DNA of 32,000 nucleotides from assembly GCA_029881255.1 (NCBI GenBank), contig JAOUMY010000003.1:26732-58731 (forward strand), read 5' to 3'. How positions within the stretch are numbered: the first letter of the stretch is position 1; each line of letters opens with the position of its first letter. Positions 18,451 to 27,042 of the stretch are shown one piece after another. Under the pieces are notes generated by a model. That model ran no database searches. It had not been told where the DNA came from and worked only from the letters and a program-made list of their open reading frames with translations. The position numbers and the translations under genes are program-made. The DNA comes from Gammaproteobacteria bacterium (GTDB lineage Bacteria; Pseudomonadota; Gammaproteobacteria; S012-40).

Positions 18451-20217
18451 TTAATCCTCTTCTTCATCCAGCGCCAGCCAGGTCTTCACAACCTGCGCCA
18501 CGATGCGCGGATCTTCGTTCACCATCTTACGCAGCACTTCCAGCATACGTTGGTATTCCTCGTGACTGACGCCAAGCGCCGCCCAGTCTTCCAGACTCAA
18601 ACCACCAGGACGTTGAGGGTCGTAGTGGATGTCTTCTGCAGACTGCGAACCTTCGTCCTCTTGAACTTGTTCCTCTTCCTCGACCTCTTCCGGCGTGGTC
18701 ATGGCGCGTATTACCGGACGCACTACCAGCAGGATGATCACCAGCACCGCCAACACACCTACGCCCTGCTTGGCCAGATCGATAAACCAGGGTTGTTCCC
18801 ACAGCGGACCACTCGGTGCTGGCGGAATATCCTGGGAGATCTGGAAGGCGGCGTTGATGATATTCAGGCTATCGCCACGCTGTTCGCTAAACCCTACCGC
18901 CTCGCGTACAAGTGACCGAATACTCTCGATTTCCTCGGGAGAGTAGGTGGCGCGGGCAACACTGCCGTCGGCTCCCACAACCACTTTATCGTCCATCACG
19001 ACCGCCACCGACAGCCTTTTCAGCGTGCCCGGCGCCTTGCGCGTGTGGCTGATGGTTTTATCCAATTCATAGTTAAAAGTGGAACGATCACTCTTCTTAG
19101 ACGGGGCCTGAGAAGCACCTTTGCCGTCTGCGGGCAAAGTCTCGGGAGCCTCGCCCGCGCCCGGCGGTTGATTGGTCAGAGCACCCGGTACGCCGCTTAC
19201 ATCACCACCGCGGCTCTCTTCACGCACGGTTTGTTCACTGCGTATCGAAGGCAAATCCGGATTGAATTTTTCGGCGGTGCTCTCGGTCATGGTGAAGTCG
19301 ATGTCGGCATCGACTTGCGCACGCAATGCCTCGAAACCAACGACCGGCGTCAGTATCCGTTCGATACGATGAATGTAATACTCTTCCATCTTTTGTTTGA
19401 AATCGAATTGCGCAGAAGACAGCGCCATGTCACCTGACATGTGTCGCTTAGTTAACATGCGTCCGCGTTCGTCGACGACGGTAACATTATCGGATTTGAG
19501 TTCGGGTATGCTTGATGCGACCAAATGCACAATCGCTGCAACCTGACTTTCATCGAGTGAAAGCCCGCGACCGAGTTTCACCATCACCGATGCGGTTGGT
19601 TCTTTGCGATCGCGAATAAACACAGACTGTTTAGGTATGGCAAGATGCACACGCGCAGATTCGATTGATGACATCGCTGTGATCGAACGGGCAAGTTCAC
19701 CTTCTATCGCCTTGTGATAACGTGCCTGCTCCATAAACTGGCTGGTACCGAAGCCCTGCTGCTCGGCCAACATCTCAAAGCCAGTACCTTCCTGCTGAGG
19801 TAGCCCCTGGGTCGCAAGACGCAAACGTACCTCATGCACTTTATCCCCCGGCACTTTTATCTCACCGGTCTTGTCATCCAGTTGATACGGTATCCCCTCT
19901 TGATCTAACACCTGCACGATATCAGCGCTGGATTGTTGCGAGAGACCTGCATAGAGCAACTCATAATTCTTTTCGGTGGTATACATGAAGATGGCAATAA
20001 TCACGGTGAAGGCCGCCGCGACACCGATAACCAACTGCATTTGCTGCCGACGGGATAAGGCGCGAAAACGCGCCACCATCGGCTTTTCAGTTAAATCCTC
20101 ATCGGAATAATCCTGCATGGTATCGACAGGCAGGCGCGTATCCAGGTCCGTCGTCGCCATATCGGTACGACCCGCTGCATTGGGATTTTGAGGAAGATTT
20201 TCTGCTGGAACCGCCAT
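18451..20217 (-). CDS. fliF: Flagellar MS-ring protein FliF
   Basis: 588 aa with two TM segments. Conserved blocks YELLYAGLSQQSSADIVQVLDQEGIPYQL and SIESARVHLAIPKQSVFIRDRKEPTASV. Confidence 0.96.
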   Translation of the reverse strand: MAVPAENLPQNPNAAGRTDMATTDLDTRLPVDTMQDYSDEDLTEKPMVARFRALSRRQQMQLVIGVAAAFTVIIAIFMYTTEKNYELLYAGLSQQSSADIVQVLDQEGIPYQLDDKTGEIKVPGDKVHEVRLRLATQGLPQQEGTGFEMLAEQQGFGTSQFMEQARYHKAIEGELARSITAMSSIESARVHLAIPKQSVFIRDRKEPTASVMVKLGRGLSLDESQVAAIVHLVASSIPELKSDNVTVVDERGRMLTKRHMSGDMALSSAQFDFKQKMEEYYIHRIERILTPVVGFEALRAQVDADIDFTMTESTAEKFNPDLPSIRSEQTVREESRGGDVSGVPGALTNQPPGAGEAPETLPADGKGASQAPSKKSDRSTFNYELDKTISHTRKAPGTLKRLSVAVVMDDKVVVGADGSVARATYSPEEIESIRSLVREAVGFSEQRGDSLNIINAAFQISQDIPPAPSGPLWEQPWFIDLAKQGVGVLAVLVIILLVVRPVIRAMTTPEEVEEEEQVQEDEGSQSAEDIHYDPQRPGGLSLEDWAALGVSHEEYQRMLEVLRKMVNEDPRIVAQVVKTWLALDEEED

Positions 20218-20252
20218 ACTTTTTTACGCCTGTTTAGTAAAACGTTTCGCCA

Positions 20253-20594
20253 CTACACCTGCATGCTCATCACATCTTGATAGGCTTTGAGTAATTCCTT
20301 GCGTACCGTGAGCAAGGCCTCGAATGCGACGCTGGCCTTTTCCTTCGCTACCATTACTTGCGGCAAATCCACACCTTCGACGCCGGCTTCAAAGGCTTTC
20401 TTCAACGTCGCCGCATTCTGTTGCGCGTTATTCACTTCGTTAACTGCTTTCTGAAACAGTGAACCAAAACCGGGGGGTTGATCATTGGTCACTGGCTGTG
20501 CGTTTTGAGTCGACACATGTGGCACCTGCGCCCTCGCCTGCGAAGCAAGTCGGTGCAAATCTGACATCATGCGGCTCATATTTAAGTCATTCAT
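20253..20594 (-). CDS. fliE: Flagellar hook-basal body complex protein FliE
   Basis: 113 aa. C-terminal VMVAKEKASVAFEALLTVRKELLKAYQDVMSMQV is typical FliE. RBS AGGAAGGAG. Confidence 0.93.
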   Translation of the reverse strand: MNDLNMSRMMSDLHRLASQARAQVPHVSTQNAQPVTNDQPPGFGSLFQKAVNEVNNAQQNAATLKKAFEAGVEGVDLPQVMVAKEKASVAFEALLTVRKELLKAYQDVMSMQV

Positions 20595-20611
20595 ATCGGC
20601 TCCTTCCTCTG

Positions 20612-21991
20612 TTAAAAATTGCCGTAGGCGCTGGGGACTTCGATACCGTCTTCGCGCATGCGCGCCAGTTTGTAGCGCAAGGTGCGCTGACTGACGCCGA
20701 GTTTTTCTGCCGCAGTTTTGCGGCTACCGTTGGACGCCTTTAAGGCCTCCAATATCAAAACGTGTTCTCTGTCGCGCAGACTGTCACCGAGTTGCCCTTG
20801 CGAATTTTCGTCGTCTGTTTCTATGGGCCTTGGCGCGCTTGCACTGCTGGGCGAGCTAGTATTCATCGACGAAGGTTCAAACATGATTTGTTCATCGTCG
20901 ATGCGTTGATTGACCTGCAAAATCAGCGCACGCTGGGCGACGTTGTCCAGTTCACGCACGTTTCCTGGCCAGCTATGCCCCATCAGTTTTTGCTGTGCAG
21001 CATCGCTGAGTTCTGGCACTGGTCCACCACTGCGCGTATGCCGACGCAGTAAAAATTGCATCAATGGCACCACGTCTTGTTTGCGATCACGCAGCGGCGG
21101 TAAATGAATAGGAAAGACATTGAGGCGGTAATACAAGTCTTCACGAAAACGTCCGTTGGCGACTTCCTTTTTCATGTCGCGGTTGGTGGTGGCGAGTACG
21201 CGCACATCCAGGGGAATAAGTTTATTTCCGCCTAGACGTTCGACTTCGCGCTCCTGTAACACACGCAAGAGTTTGGCTTGCAGGCCGATGTCCATCTCGG
21301 AAATTTCATCGAGTAATAGTGTGCCGCCATTGGCCAGTTCAAACTTACCCGGGCTGGATTTATATGCGCCGGTAAACGCGCCTTTTTCATATCCGAACAA
21401 CATCGCTTCGAGCATGTTTTCCGGAATCGCGGCGCAATTGAGCGCCACAAACGGACCTTTATGCCGCGGCGACATTTGATGAATCTGATGGGCAAAGACT
21501 TCTTTACCGGTACCGCTCTCACCAGAAATCAACACCGTTGCTTCGCTGTCGGCGACCTTGGCGACGAGTGCCAAAACCTCTTTTGTTTTTGGATCTTCGG
21601 CAATCATGTCGCCGTCGACAGTCTCCTGCCCCAACACATGATTGGCAACCATATTCACCAGCACTTCGGCCTCGAAAGGCTTAACCAAATAATCAATCGC
21701 GCCATCGTGCATGGCTTCGACGGCTTTCTGGATAGTGCCGTAGGCAGTCATCAACACCGTCGGAATTTCCGGATGTAGCTCGCGCATTTTTTTCAGCAGT
21801 GTGTGACCATCCATGCCGTCCATTTGCACATCGCTAATCACCATGCCGACGTTATCGTTTTCCAGACACTCCAGCGCCGCGTGACCGTTGTCTGCTTCGA
21901 GCACGTTATAACCTGCGATCTGCAAAGTGTCGGTGAGCGCCTCGCGCAAACTCGCATCGTCTTCTACGATCAGTACGCTGGTGTGGCTCAT
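20612..21991 (-). CDS. flrC: Sigma-54-dependent flagellar response regulator (FlrC/FleR type)
   Basis: Receiver domain (VLIVEDD...ISDVQMDGMDG), AAA+ domain with GESGTGKE and the GAFTGA loop (EKGAFTGA), and a C-terminal Fis-type HTH (AAEKLGVSQRTLRYKL). ATGA overlap with flrB. Confidence 0.92.
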   Translation of the reverse strand: MSHTSVLIVEDDASLREALTDTLQIAGYNVLEADNGHAALECLENDNVGMVISDVQMDGMDGHTLLKKMRELHPEIPTVLMTAYGTIQKAVEAMHDGAIDYLVKPFEAEVLVNMVANHVLGQETVDGDMIAEDPKTKEVLALVAKVADSEATVLISGESGTGKEVFAHQIHQMSPRHKGPFVALNCAAIPENMLEAMLFGYEKGAFTGAYKSSPGKFELANGGTLLLDEISEMDIGLQAKLLRVLQEREVERLGGNKLIPLDVRVLATTNRDMKKEVANGRFREDLYYRLNVFPIHLPPLRDRKQDVVPLMQFLLRRHTRSGGPVPELSDAAQQKLMGHSWPGNVRELDNVAQRALILQVNQRIDDEQIMFEPSSMNTSSPSSASAPRPIETDDENSQGQLGDSLRDREHVLILEALKASNGSRKTAAEKLGVSQRTLRYKLARMREDGIEVPSAYGNF

Positions 21992-23235
21992 GCTTGACTC
22001 CTCTTGGATTCGGGGGCGGGTGTGCTGTTCATAATCGGCAGGCGCATAACAAAAGTCGTTCCTTGTTCATCGCTTTTACCCAACCACAGGCTGCCGCCAT
22101 GGGCCTGGACGACGTTCTGGGCGACGGCCAGGCCCAGGCCTGTGCCTTTGGACTTGGTGGTAAAAAACGGCTCAAAAATTCGCTTCTGATCTTCGGCAGA
22201 AATGCCGGGACCGTTGTCGGCGATATAAATATCTACCGAGGGCAAACTCTGTGTTTGTCTCGGTAAATCAGTGACGATGTGAATCTGTGCCTGTTCGCCA
22301 CAGGCCTGTAGCGCATTGGAAACCAGGTTTTGCATTACGCTCAACAAGGCATCGCGATTGGCGCGCAACAGGATCTCTTGTTGCGGCGGCTGGAGGTGTA
22401 ACATCGCACCGGCCTCACTCACCTGCGCTTCCATATATTGGCCAAGGTCGTTGAGTAGCTGTCCGAGGTCGACTTCCTGTAACACCGTCGCCGCGTCACG
22501 GGTGAAGGACAACATATCGTTGACCACTTTTTCCATGTGACGCATGCGATCCAGCGCCTTGTCGGCAAAACGATTGCGATCGGTTTCTTTAATGCCTTGC
22601 TTGGTCAGATTGGAAACATATAACAGTGCCGAGGCCAGCGGTGTGCGTATCTGATGGGCAACCTTGGCACTCATCTCGCCCATGGCGGATAGACGCTTGT
22701 AACGTTCGAGGGCGGTTTGCAGACCGCGAGCTTCGGTGATGTCGTTGAGTAGAATTATCTGCCCCGGCTCGTTACCTAAAGGACAGGTGGAAATCGACAC
22801 CCAACGACCAGCGAGCGTAATCGCTTCCTGACCGGTAAAGGAGCCACCGGATTGCAGAAAACCTTGTTCGACCACATCGCGCCACAGCGCGCCGTCGAGT
22901 TCCATCGCAAGTAATTCGCGCGCAGCTGGATTGGTCTCTTGAATACGGCCGCGGTTATCGATAACCACAACTCCGGCGGGCAGTGCATCCAGTAGATTGC
23001 TGAGACGGGAGGCGAGCCGCGCGTTTTCCGCCAGTTGTTCGCCATGATCGTGTTGCGCGGAATTCAGCTCTTCACTGAGATTGGAGATGTGATCTTCCAG
23101 GGCACGATAAGTCGCCGTGAGCTGATCGGCTACGCCATTAAAAGCGTTAAAAGCCTCTTGCAGCTCTTTGGGATTTGGCTTGCCTGGTTTGGTCTTGGCC
23201 AAGAAATGTGCTCCGATGATTCCGTCTGTTTGCAT
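21988..23235 (-). CDS. flrB: Flagellar sensor histidine kinase (FlrB/FleS type), soluble PAS-HisKA-HATPase
   Basis: PAS-like region (VVVIDNRGRIQETNPAAREL), H-box MSAKVAHQIRTPLAS, N-box LVSNALQA, G-boxes DNGPGI and GTGLGLAV. The start is uncertain: the ATG at 23235 has no SD and lies only ~4 nt after the predicted sigma-54 start site. An in-frame TTG at 23202 has GGAG 8 nt upstream. Confidence 0.9.
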   Translation of the reverse strand: MQTDGIIGAHFLAKTKPGKPNPKELQEAFNAFNGVADQLTATYRALEDHISNLSEELNSAQHDHGEQLAENARLASRLSNLLDALPAGVVVIDNRGRIQETNPAARELLAMELDGALWRDVVEQGFLQSGGSFTGQEAITLAGRWVSISTCPLGNEPGQIILLNDITEARGLQTALERYKRLSAMGEMSAKVAHQIRTPLASALLYVSNLTKQGIKETDRNRFADKALDRMRHMEKVVNDMLSFTRDAATVLQEVDLGQLLNDLGQYMEAQVSEAGAMLHLQPPQQEILLRANRDALLSVMQNLVSNALQACGEQAQIHIVTDLPRQTQSLPSVDIYIADNGPGISAEDQKRIFEPFFTTKSKGTGLGLAVAQNVVQAHGGSLWLGKSDEQGTTFVMRLPIMNSTPAPESKRSQA

Positions 23236-23361
23236 AACGGAATGCTTTGAGCAAGAAGCATGCCCCTGTTTAGGGCTTTAAATTCAGAGAGTTAAAAAGG
23301 CTAAATCAGACCCCGTCAAGGCTTCGTCACTTTTTTGCCGCGGATTCGGGGAATCCATACA
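23109..23361 (-). repeat. Direct repeat copy A (flrB codons 1-42 plus 126 nt of upstream region)
   Basis: It aligns without indels to 29196-29448 at a constant offset of 6087 bp. By hand count there are 17 mismatches in 253 positions. Boundaries are accurate to about 5 nt. Confidence 0.9.
23250..23265 (-). promoter_or_regulatory. Sigma-54 (-24/-12) promoter of flrB (copy A)
   Basis: The minus strand reads GGGCATgcttcTTGCT (GG-N10-GC spacing exact; consensus TGGCAC-N5-TTGCW). The -12 C is at 23251, 15 nt before the annotated ATG. Confidence 0.7.
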
Positions 23362-23370
23362 GCAGCAGAA

Positions 23371-26300
23371 TCACAAAGGATTTACCGTCAGCGTAAAATT
23401 AGCGCTGTCAGAAAACGAGTTCTTTTCGTCTACGCGGATATATAACGAGCTACCGCTGGAGCTTGCGATACAGGAGTCGTTCCACGTTCCTGCATACGCA
23501 ACATCACAAACCGTACGTGCATAGTTATCGTCGTCGTACACCCAGACATCTACGTCGTCGGTCTGATTCGAAACCTCAATCGAATATAAACCTCCAGCGA
23601 TTAAGCCATCGACGCGATAATATCGGTATTCGTCTTTTACTATCGTGTCATCAAAGGGAGTACTTAGCGATAGCGCTTGTGGAGTTACACTAAATTCGAG
23701 AATTTCCAGGACGAAATCTGAACCCGAATAGCTTATGCTCGCATCGACCACTATATATGCACTTGTACTCTGAGCGACAGCTACACAGTCATCTCCTGTG
23801 CCGAAGTAGTAGGGTTCGCAAAGTACCGAACTATAATCTGCGTCCGAATAGACACTAAGATATGTTCCCGAGTCAGTCATGCTCGCCAAGTTAAAATAGT
23901 AGGCCGTTCCAATTGCAAGACCGGTTACCTCATAATAGACCTTGCCTTTATGGGCGCTGCCAGAAGTATCGGGAAACTCTGACAAATCCATTACAATCGG
24001 ACTTGGGGCCGGTTCTATAGTAATTGAAAATTCACCACCGTTATCGCTGTAGAGCGTGTCAACCAGCAAGAACATCGAACTTCCACTGGCAGTCAAATCG
24101 CACTCGAAATGGGTAAAGCAATAAGTGCCGCTAAACGAACCCTCACTATACAATGAAAGAGAAATCGAAGAAGCCGTCGTATTTGAAATCGTCGCCCTAT
24201 ATGTAACGCCAGAGGATAAACCAGTGATTTCGAACAAACCATAGTTGACACCAATTGAACCGCGCAGCGGAAAATCCTCTGTATCGTATGCAACAACTTG
24301 CGGTGTAACTGCTGTAATCGTTACCGTATCTGTTTGACTACTCAATGTGCCATCGTTGACGATGAGACTAAAAACGTAGTCACCAATGAGGTCTGCTTGA
24401 AATTGGAAATACTTGGCGCCAGGATCGACGATAGTCGCGTTACTACCGGCCGGAGAAGAAATAAGTGTCCAGTTGTAATTCAGCGCGTCATAATTAACAT
24501 CGTAACTCTGATAGCCAAAGACAAAGGGTGAAGAGCCAACTGCTACCGCGTGATCAGCTCCTGCGTATGCGACAGGCGCGACATTTCCGCTACCTGCAGT
24601 AATTATGACAGTATCGACAGCACTATCGGATACTCCATCGTTCACAACTAAATTTATAACATAGCTGCCGTCAACATCAGCTACAAATCCCGACGATACG
24701 CTAGTAGGCGTATCAAGCAAACTAAGACCACTTGTCGCAGGTACTGAATTTATAGACCAGGAGTAACTCAGGTTGTCTCCGTTATTATCCTTGCTAGCGA
24801 CCCCTGAAAGCTCGACATATGAACCGCTTAAAACCGTTTGATCACGACCAGCGTCAGCAACTGGAGGTACATTTTGCGCGGCAGTAATCACTACTTGGCT
24901 TAATAGACTCGTCAGCACCCCGTCGCTTACCGATAACGATATTACATAGCTTCCATCTACATCGGGAGTAAAACTAGGAATCCTCGAAAGTGGTTCATTC
25001 AGCATACTTAGTGTGCTTCCAGTAGGCACAGAAACGATATTCCAGGAATAAGTAGATATAGAACCATCCTTGTCTGTACTTAGTGATCCGTCGAGACCAA
25101 CCAGGGATCCGGTTAAGACAGATCTATCATATCCCGCATGTGCAACAGGCGGCATATTTGCGCCCGCACTAATAGTTACCGTGGCTGGGCTACTACTAAA
25201 ATATCCATCGTTCACCACCAGTGATATCACATAGTATCCTTCAACATCTGCAACGAAAGTTGGATTAACAACAGTAGGATCAGACAATGCCGTAACACTG
25301 CTTCCGACCGGTACAGACACAATCGACCACAGGTAAGTAATTGGAGAACCGTCTGGGTCGATGCTTAAGCTAGCATTGAGATAAGCCGCATTTCCGACGA
25401 TTAACGATCGTCTAGGACCTGCGTGCGCATTCGGCGGACTATTAGGTGCACCGGCCGTAATCGTTACAGTTGAACTGCTACTTTGTAACTGTCCATCGCT
25501 AACGACCAAGGAAAAAACATAGTCTCCATCCACGTCGGCCGTAAAGCTTGGGGAAACGACGCTGTTGCTCGACAGAGTCGAAATACTGCCTGTTGGAAGC
25601 GATACTGTCGTCCAAGTGTACGAGAGAAGTTGTCCATTGGGATCATAACTTGCACTTCCATCCAGCGTCACCACGCTTCCAGTGGTAACATATTTTGAGC
25701 TTCCCGCACTGGAAACCGGCGGCGCATCAACCGCCGCAAGTACTGATACTGTCGCTGGGCTGCTGTTGTCCGTACCATCATTAACAGTGAGTGAGAAAAT
25801 ATATGTGCCTTCAACATCTGGGGTAAAACTCGGACTAACTGTAGCGGCATTGTTCAATGAAATCACGTTACTGGAAGCAGGTACGGAGACCACGTACCAG
25901 CTATACGTTATGAAGTCGTTGTTTGCATCCGAGCTAGCGCTACCGTCCAGTGTAACTAGCCTACCCAGGATTGCAGTTTGGTTTTCTCCTGCGTGGGCAA
26001 TCGGGACAGCCTGGAATGCGACTGATACTAAAACCTCGTCAGCGGCGCTTTCAAGGTTTCCGTCGTTCACCACCAATGTTGCGCGATACACACCAACTAC
26101 ATCGGCAACGAAACTAGGTCTCGCAGCCGTAGCGTCAGATAAACTTGCGGAACTTCCGTCTGGCGCGACCAACGTCCAAAGATAAGTGAGCATGTCACTA
26201 TCAAAATCCGAACTAAGAGACCCGTCGAGCGTAACCTTATCACCGGGTTTTGCTGACGAATCTCTACCCGCGTTTGCAACAGGAGCAGAATTTTTTGTAC

Positions 26301-26658
26301 TTGCTACAATCACCACTTCATCGTCAGCAAACTTATCAAGTTCATCGTGCACGACGAGGGAAACTCGATATACACCATCCAAGTCTGCAATAAATGAGGG
26401 CGCAACAGTGGTCGGATTCGATAAAGTTGCCGCGCTGTTTTCTGGAACGTCAACAAATTTCCAGCTATAGGTAATACGACTTCCCTCTGGATCCACGCTC
26501 AAGCTACCATCAAGCTTAACAAGCGATCCGGTAGCAATATTTTGATCCGTACCGGCATGGACGACAGGAGCCTGATTATCAAGTGGGAATTCATTTAAGC
26601 AAGAGGAAAGTAGAAGAATAGGCGAGATAGTGATCAGCTTTGGAAAATAAAAACGCAT
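23371..26658 (-). CDS. Large surface lipoprotein: 8 tandem PKD-like Ig domains followed by 3 PPC-like (pre-peptidase C-terminal type) domains
   Basis: Signal peptide with lipobox-like ILLLSSC (Cys20). Eight ~95-aa repeats follow the pattern (N)xAPVAxAGxDxxVxxGSxVxLDGSxSxDxxGxxLxYxWxxVSxPxGSxxxLSxxTxxxPxFxADVxGxYVxxLVVxDG. Three ~100-aa C-terminal domains follow, each with a conserved Cys pair (TYCFTHFEC, VLCEPYYFGTGDDC, TVCDVAYAGTWNDSC). RBS AGAGGAAAG. Confidence 0.85.
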   Translation of the reverse strand: MRFYFPKLITISPILLLSSCLNEFPLDNQAPVVHAGTDQNIATGSLVKLDGSLSVDPEGSRITYSWKFVDVPENSAATLSNPTTVAPSFIADLDGVYRVSLVVHDELDKFADDEVVIVASTKNSAPVANAGRDSSAKPGDKVTLDGSLSSDFDSDMLTYLWTLVAPDGSSASLSDATAARPSFVADVVGVYRATLVVNDGNLESAADEVLVSVAFQAVPIAHAGENQTAILGRLVTLDGSASSDANNDFITYSWYVVSVPASSNVISLNNAATVSPSFTPDVEGTYIFSLTVNDGTDNSSPATVSVLAAVDAPPVSSAGSSKYVTTGSVVTLDGSASYDPNGQLLSYTWTTVSLPTGSISTLSSNSVVSPSFTADVDGDYVFSLVVSDGQLQSSSSTVTITAGAPNSPPNAHAGPRRSLIVGNAAYLNASLSIDPDGSPITYLWSIVSVPVGSSVTALSDPTVVNPTFVADVEGYYVISLVVNDGYFSSSPATVTISAGANMPPVAHAGYDRSVLTGSLVGLDGSLSTDKDGSISTYSWNIVSVPTGSTLSMLNEPLSRIPSFTPDVDGSYVISLSVSDGVLTSLLSQVVITAAQNVPPVADAGRDQTVLSGSYVELSGVASKDNNGDNLSYSWSINSVPATSGLSLLDTPTSVSSGFVADVDGSYVINLVVNDGVSDSAVDTVIITAGSGNVAPVAYAGADHAVAVGSSPFVFGYQSYDVNYDALNYNWTLISSPAGSNATIVDPGAKYFQFQADLIGDYVFSLIVNDGTLSSQTDTVTITAVTPQVVAYDTEDFPLRGSIGVNYGLFEITGLSSGVTYRATISNTTASSISLSLYSEGSFSGTYCFTHFECDLTASGSSMFLLVDTLYSDNGGEFSITIEPAPSPIVMDLSEFPDTSGSAHKGKVYYEVTGLAIGTAYYFNLASMTDSGTYLSVYSDADYSSVLCEPYYFGTGDDCVAVAQSTSAYIVVDASISYSGSDFVLEILEFSVTPQALSLSTPFDDTIVKDEYRYYRVDGLIAGGLYSIEVSNQTDDVDVWVYDDDNYARTVCDVAYAGTWNDSCIASSSGSSLYIRVDEKNSFSDSANFTLTVNPL
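24298..26574 (-). repeat. Tandem array of 8 diverged ~285-nt coding repeats (PKD-like domains)
   Basis: The repeats start at about aa 29, 123, 215, 310, 404, 500, 595 and 690 of the 1095-aa protein. They are diverged at the DNA level and are protein-domain repeats, not CRISPR or satellite. Confidence 0.8.
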
Positions 26659-27042
26659 CTAAACTTTCCTCTTTGGTATTTGATACATCTATCGGACTAG
26701 CCAAACGCGCATCTATAACAATTTTTGCCAACAAAACCATAATTTTCCGATAAACCGACAGAACAACTCCAACTCTTTCATCAAGTTTCAAGCAATCCTC
26801 TCCCTATAACTGGCATATGGCACAAAAAAACACGCATTACTTTCTGCACTATTGGATTTATTCCCAAACAATTTCTCGATCTAAATATTTGTAAACGTTC
26901 TATACGAATACTACAAGACTAGTTAACACAGACAACATACCAATTACATCGTCGTCATCGAACAACGCCGATCCTAAACTGCCACGCACCTACTTAAAGA
27001 TAGAAACACGTCCGACGATATACATAGCAATATGCGCCACTC

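Noticed and set aside
20595-20760. Search for a separate sigma-54 promoter for fliE inside the 3' end of flrC.
   Set aside because: No GG-N10-GC element with TGGCA/TTGC character was found by eye. The closest string, GCGCAAGGTGCGCTGA, lacks the GG dinucleotide on the relevant strand.
24298-26574. Regular ~285-nt periodicity that might suggest a repeat array, CRISPR or satellite.
   Set aside because: The periodicity is in-frame within one long ORF. The units are diverged and encode PKD-like domains. There are no short identical repeats with unique spacers.
26811-26823. TGGCATATGGCAC in the divergent AT-rich spacer of the insertion, a possible sigma-54 -24 box.
   Set aside because: No TTGC-type -12 element occurs at the required spacing on either strand.
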